Assembly (NCBI GenBank): GCA_964016885.1
Contig: OZ024741.1
Location: 290,098,001-290,162,000 of the forward strand
DNA: 64,000 nucleotides
Origin: Eledone cirrhosa
Lineage: Eukaryota
Direction of reading: 5' to 3'
Made by a program: the position numbers and the translations under genes. Positions 14,420 through 26,839 of this stretch are shown piece after piece. The notes beneath the pieces were generated by a model that saw only the letters and a list, made by a program, of their open reading frames with translations, had not been told where the DNA came from and did no database searches. Numbering within the stretch: position 1 is the stretch's first letter; each line of letters begins with the position of its first letter.

Positions 14420-15400
14420 AGTGAAACCTGACAAAGCTAATCAGGGATTCGCAGATAGGAACGTGTTTGTCCTCAATACTTTCAACCACGCCCAACACAC
14501 AACTTCTTTCCCCATGACAATCAGGCAGACGAAAAGGAAGATTGAGTGAACTATCTTCCCGATGGACTCATGTGACAGTTGGATTCCTCATACAGGTGAC
14601 AGCTGTTCGACATAAACACTTATGCCGGAAATGCTGGGATACTAAACGAGTACGGGCAAGCTGGTTTTCTATCCCTGCGAGTATCTCGGACATGTGAGGC
14701 TCATGGCACTTCTATGCCTGGGATTCTGCAGGATATCCACAGGCCTTAGACCGAAAGTACTCCGTAAAAAGAGTAACTAATTACGTTTCCTCGATGTCCA
14801 GAATCTCCCCAAAATATCGTCACACCTACTCGCCACCAATTTTCTATAGAACGCAAAAGCAAACGTTCCATTATGGTGAGACGTAGATCAGGACCAGGTA
14901 GGAGGGTTAGACGATCGTAGATGGTAGATATGATGTAAGCGTTCTTCACCACTGCCCTACCATTTAGAGATAGCTTCCTCTCGGCCCATATCTGGGTGAG
15001 AGTGGCCTCAGTGTTTGTCCACCTGAAGGTCCAGACCTACCCAGTCAAGCCGTTCGTCCGGCACCAGCCAACGCCATTGAACGGCATGAGTCTTTCACGC
15101 CATGTGGCGCACTGCAGACCTAACAATTTTTTCTGTTAATTTTTGCCCTTGTCACTACCTCGTACTGTTTTAGCACAGTCCCAATCATTTTGATGTGTTT
15201 TGCGCTCGTCACAAAATCGTTTCTCCAAGTGGTGCGCTGCAGGCCCACAGACGTTTCCTGGTTCTCTGATGCCACCGCTTCATGCACTCTGAGAGTGGTA
15301 CTGACCATTTCGATATATTTGGTGTCCGTCACTAAAATGCTTCAGTCGTCCGCATATGCCAACACGGGTCTTCTGCATCTTAGTTCCGGGGAATGTACTT
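14420..15400 (-). pseudogene. Old Tx1/L1-type RT fragment
   Basis: VLAYADD, IGTVLKQYEVVTRAKIN and DLQVDK remnants parallel the RT at 37049-38269; boundaries approximate. Confidence 0.65.
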
Positions 15401-15472
15401 CAACACCTCTAGTTTCTGAAGAAGAGGATATCGAGTCAGTACATGCACAAGAGAGAGAGAAAGAGAAGGAGA

Positions 15473-15533
<61 letters not shown>

Positions 15534-16521
15534 ACAATGTTACCTGACTGAGCGCATGATATTGAAGGGTTCCGATAAGACCACCGAGATAATCTCGCTG
15601 TATGTTAAAGTGATCTAGCTTCTGAAGACTGGACTGAAACAGGCTGCCATGAGGACAGACACCATGTTTAAGCTAAAAAAAAACAAAAACACCATAAGTA
15701 CATAACTTATGTACAATTTCGTAAAGTGGCCAATTATAGCGTTTATGTATTTCCGGATAGAATTAGCGAGGAAAAAAGGTGTATATGTTTTGATTTTACC
15801 AGTGAATTGAAACCGCATTGAGTGGAATCCGTCGGTACATGGGAGGAAGTTTTAACATTTGCTCTAGGGCGCTAACCACAAACAATGAATAATGAATTTC
15901 ATAGAATTTTTTTCCTCTCATCAGTCGGCGAATTCAATAAAATAAAATTAAGGTAAAACAAAGACAATAATTTAAAAAAAACATATTTAACACTGGTAAT
16001 AAAGTATAGAATTTAAATAAAACAATTGGAAGAAAAACAAAAAAATCTCCCCACCCCAACATCCTTTATTCTCTAAAACCCCTCGCACAAAACAAAGTAT
16101 AAATGTTTCAATCTCATTTTTTTTTTTTTTTTTTTTTTTTGAAAGAAGACTATTGTTTCAAATCTTTTAATAAATTTACAATATGGCAATCACAGCAGAA
16201 CATAATACTGGAAAAGAAATAAATAAGATTATATATATATATATATATATAAAATATGTATAATCTTATTTATTTCTTATATATATATACATATATATAT
16301 ACATATATAATACATGCATACATACATATTATTGTAAACTATTTCATTGTAATGTATTGTATTGTACTAATTGCATTCTATTTAATTGTAGTGTCGCGTC
16401 CTTGTGGCAAATAAAATTAAAAAAAGTTCTTTTTTATTTTCATTTAAAAGTATTATCTTTAATATATAACGTTCCGCAACGCCGCCATTACCAGCACCTT
16501 TACAGGTCTTATAGTTATTTT

Positions 16522-16569
<48 letters not shown>

Positions 16570-16692
16570 ACAATAATGAATTCTGTCTATTTCTCTCTCC
16601 CTCATTCACTATCTCTCTCAATTATATCTCTCGCCACACACCGTTCTCTTTGTCTCTCCCATTTTCTCTTCATCTCTTTCTGTATATATATA

Positions 16693-16771
<79 letters not shown>

Positions 16772-16788
16772 CATATACACATATATAT

Positions 16789-16819
<31 letters not shown>

Positions 16820-17267
16820 TTATATGCGTAGTTTTGTGTGCGTGTTTCTGTTCTGTGTATATGTGAGAGAGTGTTTGTGTGTTTGCTTAGATTTCTACCT
16901 TACTCAGGCTAGCGGCTATGCAATCTATGGTGATGTAGTGACTGCATTGCATGTATTGTCTGGATGTATTCATATTAAAGATGGCGGCGATTTTTGCCTG
17001 TGATATCGGCAATTGTCTTGTTGGCGCGTGTTTTCGGTATGAGAGTTGGATGTAAGCATTTTTCTTCATAAATTTTAATTTTTTCCCTAAAGATTCTAAT
17101 AATCAAACATAATTTTAATCGTACCATGGTATAGTGATGATAATTGTGCTGATCGTAGTTGAGTTATTTGTTATAGGCATATGTATGTGTATATAATTGT
17201 GCTCTCTGTCTTTTTTTATATTTTATGAAAGAGCAATCACACAACAAAGATAATTACCAAAACAGAA

Positions 17268-17347
<80 letters not shown>

Positions 17348-18965
17348 ATGGCTGTGAATATATGTGTGAATTCGCTACTGAAAGAGAAAATGTAAATCTA
17401 TATTTACATTTACACGTACACTTATATATATATATATATATGTATATGTGTGTGTGTGTGTATGTATGTATATCTATATATATAATATATATATATGTGT
17501 GTGTGTTGTATGTGTGTGTGTGCGCGCGTGTGTGTGTGCGTGTGTGTGTGCGTGTGTCTGCGTGCGTGCATGTGTGTGTGTTATTCACTGGATGTTCTCA
17601 AGATAGCGGTGATTGACTCAACCAGTTCTCCTTGAAATCACAAACCTTCTTTAAAAAGGACACAGACACTGGCAAATGAGCTATGTATTATACAGATATT
17701 AATATATTTGTATATACAGAGATTGTGGATAAACACGGCAGAAATATATTTTATTATATTTTGTTTAACTTGGTGAGACCTAATCTTGTTCTAAAGAATA
17801 ATAAAAATAGAAACTAGCGAACGAAGCGGTCGGTGTAGGGTCACGTGAACTACGAGAAATATTAATCAAACATCCTTTAAGTTATACACAATAACTGTTT
17901 CTACTTTAGGCACACGGCCAATAATTTGGATGGGAATGTCAATTAAATCCACCCCAGTGTATTATTGGTACTTTATCTTATCGACCACGTAAGGATGAAA
18001 TTACACACAATAACATCTTAAAAGAAGACATTGAGTTTGGAAAACGTATTTTCTGGTACAGAAATGATAACATCTAAAAAACGACTAATGTTCCCAAAGC
18101 GTTGCTAATAATCGGCAATGTTCACTATTTGAAAATATTGTCGCCATAATGCAGATAACTATAATAAGTAGTTGAAAAGTAAAATAATATTTAAATAAAT
18201 CAGGTAATGTATCCACGAGAAGGGAAAAAAATGACCAGAGACGTATGCAGAGCATTTGACGGTCAATTTTGACGTTCAATAGGTTACATTTTGACGGGTA
18301 CTATGTTATCGATCCTGCAAGGATGAGGGATAAAATTGATCTTGGTAGAGATTAGAAATCCGACTGTAAATAGCCAAAACATATACTGCAATGGCATTTT
18401 ATTCGATCCCTGACGATTCTCTCTGTCCAGCACTTTACTCTCTATACATTACTAACAAGAATCTGATATCAACTTTGTTAATTCGCACGTGATGATAATA
18501 TATATATACCAGTAATATCTTAGGCATGTTGCATTCCAATCAATATGGATGCATAATAATAATTGAACTAATAAATAGATGCCTTCTGTTCAGATATCAA
18601 CACAATCATGTAGCTAGACGAATGGAAATTAATTATATTTGAGATAAAATATATAAATAAATAATCCAATTTTTAATTTCAAATTATGGTATTGTTGAAC
18701 TAATAACATGAATATACGAAAGGAATGTTAAGAAAAGTGAATATTAGATATGAAATAAATCTTTCTTTCCTTCTCTCTTTATACACACAGTATACACACA
18801 TGCATACATACAACACACACACACGCACACACACACACATACACACACATATACATATACATATATAGATATATATATACGTATATATATATATTATATA
18901 TATATAAATATATTATATATATATAAATATATTATATATATATAAATTACATATATATGTATATG

Positions 18966-19047
<82 letters not shown>

Positions 19048-19048
19048 C

Positions 19049-19085
<37 letters not shown>

Positions 19086-19249
19086 CATACATGTATATAT
19101 ATATTTGTAATTATATATATATATATATACATGTATATATATTTATAATTATATATATATGTGTGTGTCTGTGTGTGTGTGTATGTGTGTGCCTGTAAGT
19201 GTATGTGATTGAGTGGGTGCGTTAACATTTACATTTATATATTTAGCGA

Positions 19250-19313
19250 ACACGTATGATATTTGTATGACATATGTATATACACGCATTTATATGTCTA
19301 CATACACACATAT

Positions 19314-19344
<31 letters not shown>

Positions 19345-19527
19345 ATATACACAGACACTCACAATTTTACATGTGTGTTTATGCATATATACACACACAT
19401 GTACATACATCAATTCAAACATACATACATAAATACATACATAGATACATACATACATTCATACTTACATACTTACATACATACATATTCATACATACAT
19501 ACATACATACATACATACATACATACA

Positions 19528-19561
<34 letters not shown>

Positions 19562-21302
19562 CATATATATATATATACATAATACATTCATACATAAATA
19601 TATACACACACTTACACACATACATATATGTATACATACACACACATACATAAATGCATATATACATATATACCTACATACACACTTCCACACATTCATA
19701 CTTACATACATACATAGACATATAATCACACATACATACATATATAAATACATATATATATATATATATATACACACATTACACACATACATACATTTAT
19801 ACAGACACACACATACGTACATGCATATATACATATATAAATATATACACACATACATACTTACATATATACACACATACTCACATACATCCATACATAC
19901 ATACACACATGCTCACATACATACATACGTATATACATACAACATATATATATATATATATACATATATACATACATACATACATACATACATACATACA
20001 TACATACATACATACACACATACAAATAGCACATACACACATACATATATAGATACATATATAGATACATATATACATACATACACCATACATACATACA
20101 CACATAAATACACATACACATATACATATAAACACATACATATAAACATACACACATACATATATACATACATACAACATACATACAAACACACATAAAT
20201 ACACATATACATATGTACACACATACACACGTACATACATACACACATATATACATACATGCATACATACATACATACATACATACATACATACATACAT
20301 ACATACATACATACATACATACATACAACATACATACAAACACATAAATACACATATACATATGTACGCACATACACGCGTACATACATACACACATATA
20401 TACATACATACATACATGCATACATGCATACATGCATACATACATACATACATACATACATACATACATACATACATACAACATACATACAAACACATAA
20501 ATACACATATACATATGTACGCACTACACGCGTACATACATACACACATATATACATACATACATACATGCATACATGCATACATACATACATACATACA
20601 TACATACATACATACATACATACATACAACATACATACAAACACATAAATACACATATACATATGTACGCACTACACGCGTACATACATACACACATATA
20701 TACATACATACATACATGCATACATGCATACATACATACATACATACATACATACACACATACATACATACATACATACATACATACATACATACATACA
20801 TACATACATACATACAACATACATACAAACACATAAATACACATATACATATGTACGCACATACACGCGTACATACATACACACATATATACATACATAC
20901 ATACATGCATACATGCATACATGCATACATACATACATACATACATACATACATACATACATACATACATACATACATACATACATACATACATACAAAC
21001 ACATAAATACACATATACATATGTACGCACTACACGCGTACATACATACACACATATATACATACATACATACATACATGCATACATGCATACATACATA
21101 CATACATACATACATACACACATACATACATACATACATACATACATACATACATACATACATACATACATACACACATACATACATACATACATACATA
21201 CATACATACATACATACACACATACATACATACACACATACATACATACATACATACATACATACATACATACATACATACATACATACATACATACATA
21301 CC
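19250..21302. repeat. (CATA)n-derived compound satellite with ~6 higher-order units
   Basis: Block ACAAACACATAAATACACATATACATATGTAC(G/A)CAC recurs near 20185, 20336, 20489, 20637, 20825 and 20995, separated by variable (CATA)n. Confidence 0.85.
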
Positions 21303-21887
21303 GACATTCATTCATGTGTCTCTGTGCGTTTATCTGAACACTTACATGTGTTATGCAACGCAATATAGATTACACGAGTGTTATGCTAGATATTGAGATC
21401 TTGATATTACTTTATTTGATAATACATTATTATATTGACAGTTTGGCTTTTTCAACCTCTCGTATTTACAAGTTCAAAGTTTATAGAATTAGTAACGGTA
21501 TTAAAGGAGAAGCTAATTGTTCAATAATCTACGTAATTATATAACAATATCAATCTATATCACACAATCATACAAAATATACTGTATCAATAGCAATAAT
21601 CATTTTCAAGAAATTCTAAATGACTGGAAATTTGTAGAATATAATACAGGAACAAAATAAAAGAAAAAGAAAGTAGCTACAAAGAACAAAAAGATTCTTT
21701 CTCTCCCTCTCTCCCTCTCTTTCTCTATCTATCTCTATCTCTCTCTCACCATCGCCTTATATCTATATACATACACCCACACACAGACACAGAAACATAC
21801 ACATTCACATACATATATTTTAAACTAATTTATTTCTTTATTGTACTGTGTCATTTGGTTTTTGTTATTCCTGTTTACTATATATAC

Positions 21888-21934
<47 letters not shown>

Positions 21935-22027
21935 GTAATAATAATAAATGTGAAGACTAAAATCCAAAGAGGGCTCGTATAGGATAATAAATATATATCA
22001 AATATATAAGAACCCTAGAGCAAATGG

Positions 22028-22164
22028 TTATTAAAATAACAGATTAAAGTTTAAGCAAAGAATCACTGCTTTCACCATTCACGGGATCTTCTGAAACTCA
22101 GAAGATCCTGTTAAGGGTGAAAGCAGCGATTCTTTGCTTAAACTTTAATCTGTTATTTTAATAA
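22028..22164. repeat. Fold-back (~67-bp arms) with a degenerate HHR-like motif; probable PLE remnant
   Basis: TTATTAAAATAACAGATT...GATCTTCTGA aac TCAGAAGATC...AATCTGTTATTTTAATAA; contains CAGAAGA-TCC tgttaa GGGT-GAAA. Confidence 0.7.
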
Positions 22165-22224
<60 letters not shown>

Positions 22225-22589
22225 CGGCGATGAATTAGTTTTGCGAGGTTTTTTATATGAAATCGTGTGTCGAAACAGATATTGTTATATTTGGGGAGGG
22301 TCATATTTGCGTAATATTGCCAGAATTAATAACAGAACACACTCACTGTTTGGTTGGTTTTCGCTTCTCGCTGTCTTTTATATATATATATCTGCGATCT
22401 AACTTACTCGGTCCTCAATGTTGCCATTGACTGACCGGCGGTCAAGAATAATACAGATACAATATAGACAAACACATATATATATAGTTTACATAAATCT
22501 TTCGTTGCAAATATAACAATATCTGTTTCGACACACGATTTCATATAAAAAACCTCGCAAAACTAATTCATCGCCGCTATGGCATTAGC

Positions 22590-25500
22590 TTGTGCCAAGC
22601 TGAAAGGTTATTGAAAGACACTGTTTTCTGTTATATAAAAACTACAATAACAACAGAACAAATCCGCTTCTTAAAACACTGTGTTTCCTCCAAAACATAC
22701 ACAACAAACATATCAAAACAAGTAAATAATTTATTATTGAACAAAACACAAGCTGAACGGCTAAAACACACAATAACAGTTAATATGAAAAGAACAACAT
22801 ACACAAAAGTCAACGCACTCTACAGACAAAAACGCATCAACGGTAAGGAAATCCGAAATCTCATCACAGCAAACGAGAGAGATGACTTCATGAGCGTCAT
22901 CCGACGCGAAACGAAATATGCTCAAAACGAATGCTGTAGGCATTTCAAGAAGAAATTAGAATGGATGAATAAGAAAAAACTACAAGAAAGGAAAATCGAA
23001 TATTCTCAAAAATACCCAGATAACATCGACAACATCCGTATGAGTGATGTAAAACTACCGGAAGAATTTACCAATGACCACACAGTAAATATCTATGGGA
23101 ACACTTTAATCAGTGAACAAGAACAACAAATCCTAAAGTTACCACCAAAATTTGCCATCTACAAAAAGATTAATCCTATGGAATGCAAAACGGAGCTGGA
23201 AAAGTGTTTCACAAAAATACGTTGGAATGCAAAGGTAAACAACAACAACAATAATAACGGTAGTAGTAATATAAACAATAACTCTGGGTATAGAAATAAC
23301 AGCCATAACCATAACAATGGCAGGAAAGTGAGAAATAGTGATAATGGTAATAATACTAGCGATAGACAGAACAACAACAACCACAATAATAATAATAATA
23401 GAAACGTTAACCACAGACACAGCAACAGTGACCACAGTAGTAATAACGGTAACAATACGAACAACAACAACAACAATAACCACAGTGGTAATAATGGAAA
23501 TAGTACATGTAGCAACATCAACAAAAACAAGAAACATAATAATAGTAACAACCACAATGGTAGAAATAGCAGTAACAACAACAACAATAACGGTGAAGTA
23601 AACAACAATACATCTAGCAATCATAACAATAATAATATTAATGCTAAGGATAGAAACAACAACAACCACCATGATAACAATAATAGCAACACACACAACT
23701 ATGACGATAGAAATAACGACAACCCCTTAGAGAAACTATTTTTCAACCCAGCTGACAAAACATATAAGATGGGTAATATCTATCCTACGAGGTTACCCTT
23801 TAATAAAAGAGTTTGCATACCACAACAAATAGATGACGAGACGGAGGCACAGTTCACCATAGCTAGAAATAAGATTAGACAAGTAGTAGACAGGTACACT
23901 ATGAGACAGAGCAGACCAGAGGCCCAACAACTTGGGATAAAACCTGTAGAAGGCTTGGTTAGCCTTAAGCAGCGCACAAGGGATGGTGAGGTAGTGTGTC
24001 TACCCACAGATAAGTCTGGTAGGATGTCAATAGATAGCATGCCGAACTACATCGAGGCAATGCAACCCCACATCACCAACACGAGCGAAGTTGCACAACT
24101 AACACACGATGGGAGAGAAAAAATCCTCAACGCTCACATGATGATGTGGACTGACATCCTAAAGCCAAGCAGACGCACTGCCAACAACTTCCAGGCGTCT
24201 AACAATGGCATACCACCCTTGTATGGGCTCCGCAAAGACCACAAGACAGTCGACGACCCGACAATAGGACCACCAACAAGACCTGTATGCGGAGCTAATA
24301 TAGCTAGCAACTACAGGATCTCCTACTTCCTCTCAATGGTTATACGCCCCATAATCAAGATGTCCCCAGATGTATGTGAAAGTACAGAGGACCTCCTCAG
24401 CAGAATCAGTGAGTGCAACAAAAACAGGAGCCTATCCAACTGCATAATAGGCAGCATGGATGTGGTGTCACTGTACCCATCCATTAACATTGATTTTGCT
24501 GTGAAAAGATGTGTGGAGATGATCATTGAGAGTGAGGTGGAGTTCTGCGACGTCGACACAGACGAACTGGGCCTCCTACTTAGACTTACCTACGACACTG
24601 ACTACCTAGACAGCCATGACCTTAGATGTTTCTGCCCTAGTAGACCTATAAGAGGTAGACCCCCCACCATAACCTCAATGGCTAAAAAGACTCCCATAGG
24701 AAGGTGGATTGGGTGGACCAAAGCTATACGGACCCCCCAAAACACTGATCAGGTAAGAAAAATGGTCGCACATGCAATAGGGGCTAGTATCAAAACTACC
24801 CTAAAGGGCCACATATTTAAGTTCAATGAGAAAATCTACACCCAAAATGAGGGAGCAGCCATCGGCGTCAGCATAGCTGGCGATGTTGCCAACCTTTTCA
24901 TGGTATGGTGGGAAAGGAGACTTAAAGATCTCCTTAATGAAAGCTCCATAGACCTCATCATGTACTCTCGTTATGTAGACGATATCAATATAGTTATAAG
25001 AACACCCCCACTAGAGAGCACTAACAAGTTTGATTTAGAACGTAGCACGATGGAAAGCATCCAGCAGATAGCTAATTCCATACACCAGAGTATAACTGTA
25101 ACTATAGACTTCCCTTCCAAACACCCTAACAATAGACTACCTGTATTAGACACAGAACTCTGGATTAACACTATAGACGAGAGAGCCCAAATTCTCCACT
25201 CACACTATGCTAAACCCATGGCCTCCAAATACCTGATACTCAAAAACTCAGCAATGTCCAGTAGTGCTAAGTTTAATATTCTGATCGCAGATTTGGTACG
25301 AGTGATGAAGAATGTGTCCAGCATGTGCGACCCAACAGAAATGGAAGGACACATCCAACACTTCATCAACCGCATGCAGTTCTCTGGCTACAACCAAAGA
25401 GACAGAGTCAGAGTATACGAAGGAGCCATGGAAAAGTATAAGACCCTCATAGAACTGGACATGAAAGGAATTTGCCCACTATACAGGAGCAAATCATGGA

Positions 25501-26129
25501 ATAGCTTAGATAGGGCTAGACATAAGATAGGGAAGGCCACATCATGGTACGACAACCAGAGATATCAGAGTGTCATGTTTGTGGACGCCACCCCTGGAGG
25601 GAAATTAGCTAACCAGTGTAGAAAGGCCCTGAGAAAGACCCACTTAAAAATAAAGGTGGTAGAAAAGCCAGGAACCACCATAAAATCCCTGATCAGCAAA
25701 ACCTACCCTTTTAAGAAAACCCACTGTACCAATAGGAAATGTATCATATGTAAGGTGAACCCCCGGATAAACTGTAAAACTAGAAACGTAGTCTATAGCA
25801 TAAGATGTACAGAGGGTACTTGCAGAAACACGACAACAACATACATAGGTGAGACAGCTCGTAGCATAGGTGAAAGGATAGACCAACACTGGGGGGAACT
25901 AAAAGGACGAAAAAACGGGTCAGTACTATACGAACATGCTAGACAACATCATGACGGTAACATAGACAACATAGAAATTAGAATAATATCTAAACATAGG
26001 AATGACCCAGCAGATAGGCAAATCAGAGAGGCCAGTGAAATAGAAATTAGAAGACCAAAGCTAAACAGAAAGAATGAGTGGAACAACAACAACACCCAAA
26101 CAAACAACACTGACCTAAGAGAAGTATAA
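22590..26129 (+). CDS. PLE polyprotein: N-terminal domain with Asn-rich tract, reverse transcriptase, Cys linker, GIY-YIG endonuclease (frame already open at 22509)
   Basis: PTDKSG, LYGLRKDHK, RPVCG, SMDVVSLYPSI (A), QNEGAAIG (B'), RYVDDI (C), LPVLD (E); CTNRKCIIC linker; VVYSIRC-TEGT-C...YIGETARSIGERIDQH...EH...REA...LN; no internal stops. Confidence 0.93.
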   Translation: MCQAERLLKDTVFCYIKTTITTEQIRFLKHCVSSKTYTTNISKQVNNLLLNKTQAERLKHTITVNMKRTTYTKVNALYRQKRINGKEIRNLITANERDDFMSVIRRETKYAQNECCRHFKKKLEWMNKKKLQERKIEYSQKYPDNIDNIRMSDVKLPEEFTNDHTVNIYGNTLISEQEQQILKLPPKFAIYKKINPMECKTELEKCFTKIRWNAKVNNNNNNNGSSNINNNSGYRNNSHNHNNGRKVRNSDNGNNTSDRQNNNNHNNNNNRNVNHRHSNSDHSSNNGNNTNNNNNNNHSGNNGNSTCSNINKNKKHNNSNNHNGRNSSNNNNNNGEVNNNTSSNHNNNNINAKDRNNNNHHDNNNSNTHNYDDRNNDNPLEKLFFNPADKTYKMGNIYPTRLPFNKRVCIPQQIDDETEAQFTIARNKIRQVVDRYTMRQSRPEAQQLGIKPVEGLVSLKQRTRDGEVVCLPTDKSGRMSIDSMPNYIEAMQPHITNTSEVAQLTHDGREKILNAHMMMWTDILKPSRRTANNFQASNNGIPPLYGLRKDHKTVDDPTIGPPTRPVCGANIASNYRISYFLSMVIRPIIKMSPDVCESTEDLLSRISECNKNRSLSNCIIGSMDVVSLYPSINIDFAVKRCVEMIIESEVEFCDVDTDELGLLLRLTYDTDYLDSHDLRCFCPSRPIRGRPPTITSMAKKTPIGRWIGWTKAIRTPQNTDQVRKMVAHAIGASIKTTLKGHIFKFNEKIYTQNEGAAIGVSIAGDVANLFMVWWERRLKDLLNESSIDLIMYSRYVDDINIVIRTPPLESTNKFDLERSTMESIQQIANSIHQSITVTIDFPSKHPNNRLPVLDTELWINTIDERAQILHSHYAKPMASKYLILKNSAMSSSAKFNILIADLVRVMKNVSSMCDPTEMEGHIQHFINRMQFSGYNQRDRVRVYEGAMEKYKTLIELDMKGICPLYRSKSWNSLDRARHKIGKATSWYDNQRYQSVMFVDATPGGKLANQCRKALRKTHLKIKVVEKPGTTIKSLISKTYPFKKTHCTNRKCIICKVNPRINCKTRNVVYSIRCTEGTCRNTTTTYIGETARSIGERIDQHWGELKGRKNGSVLYEHARQHHDGNIDNIEIRIISKHRNDPADRQIREASEIEIRRPKLNRKNEWNNNNTQTNNTDLREV

Positions 26130-26400
26130 ATAAATAAGTAAATTAAATTAAATAAAATAAGATAAATAAATACATACACAAGCACATAAACACACACTAG
26201 TCACCCAGCAGACACAACACTATACACACTAGTCACACATCACACATAACACTATACACACACGCAAACGCATGCGCAAAGAAGACAAAATAAAATAAGA
26301 TAAACAAACAAGCAAATAAATAAATAAATAAATATATAGACAGACTGAAAAAAAAAATGGCGTAGACATACAACACAACAGGAGGAACAATGAATATAAC

Positions 26401-26442
26401 ACCACTGACGATGTTGCAGATGTGCAACGAAAGATTTATGTA
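26401..26442 (+). ncRNA. HHR-like motif in the PLE 3' region
   Basis: CTGACGA-T-GTTGCA gatg TGCAAC-GAAA with a perfect 6-bp helix II; helices I and III are poorly supported. Confidence 0.5.
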
Positions 26443-26638
26443 AACTATATATATATGTGTTTGTCTATATTGTATCTGTATTATTCTTGACCGCCGGTCA
26501 GTCAATGGCAACATTGAGGACCGAGTAAGTTAGATCGCAGATATATATATATAAAAGACAGCGAGAAGCGAAAACCAACCAAACAGTGAGTGTGTTCTGT
26601 TATTAATTCTGGCAATATTACGCAAATATGACCCTCCC

Positions 26639-26722
<84 letters not shown>

Positions 26723-26801
26723 TATATATAAAGAAAAAAAGATGAAATCGAAAATGCAACTGGAGTCTTATTTTAAAAAAAATATATATATTTATTTGGT
26801 T

Positions 26802-26839
26802 CCTTTACCGGTTTCGCAGTTCTTCTGCTTTTCAAAAGT
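26802..26839 (-). ncRNA. Minimal hammerhead ribozyme, U3-A8 core variant
   Basis: CTT-TTGAAAA-GCAG aagaa CTGC-GAAA-CCGG-TA-AAG. Confidence 0.7.

Larger units (their letters stand above)
22222..26646 (+). mobile_element. Full-length Penelope-like retroelement with inverted 5' pseudo-LTR
   Basis: 22222-22293 is the reverse complement of 22508-22579; 22286-22509 is the reverse complement of 26423-26646; single RT-EN ORF; (TA)n on both flanks. Confidence 0.95.

Noticed and set aside
15885-15935. CTGATGA...GAAA on the minus strand
   Set aside because: Helices I and III do not pair; chance match or too decayed
23139-23696. Hydrophobic minus-strand ORFs
   Set aside because: Antisense shadow of the Asn-rich tract of the PLE ORF
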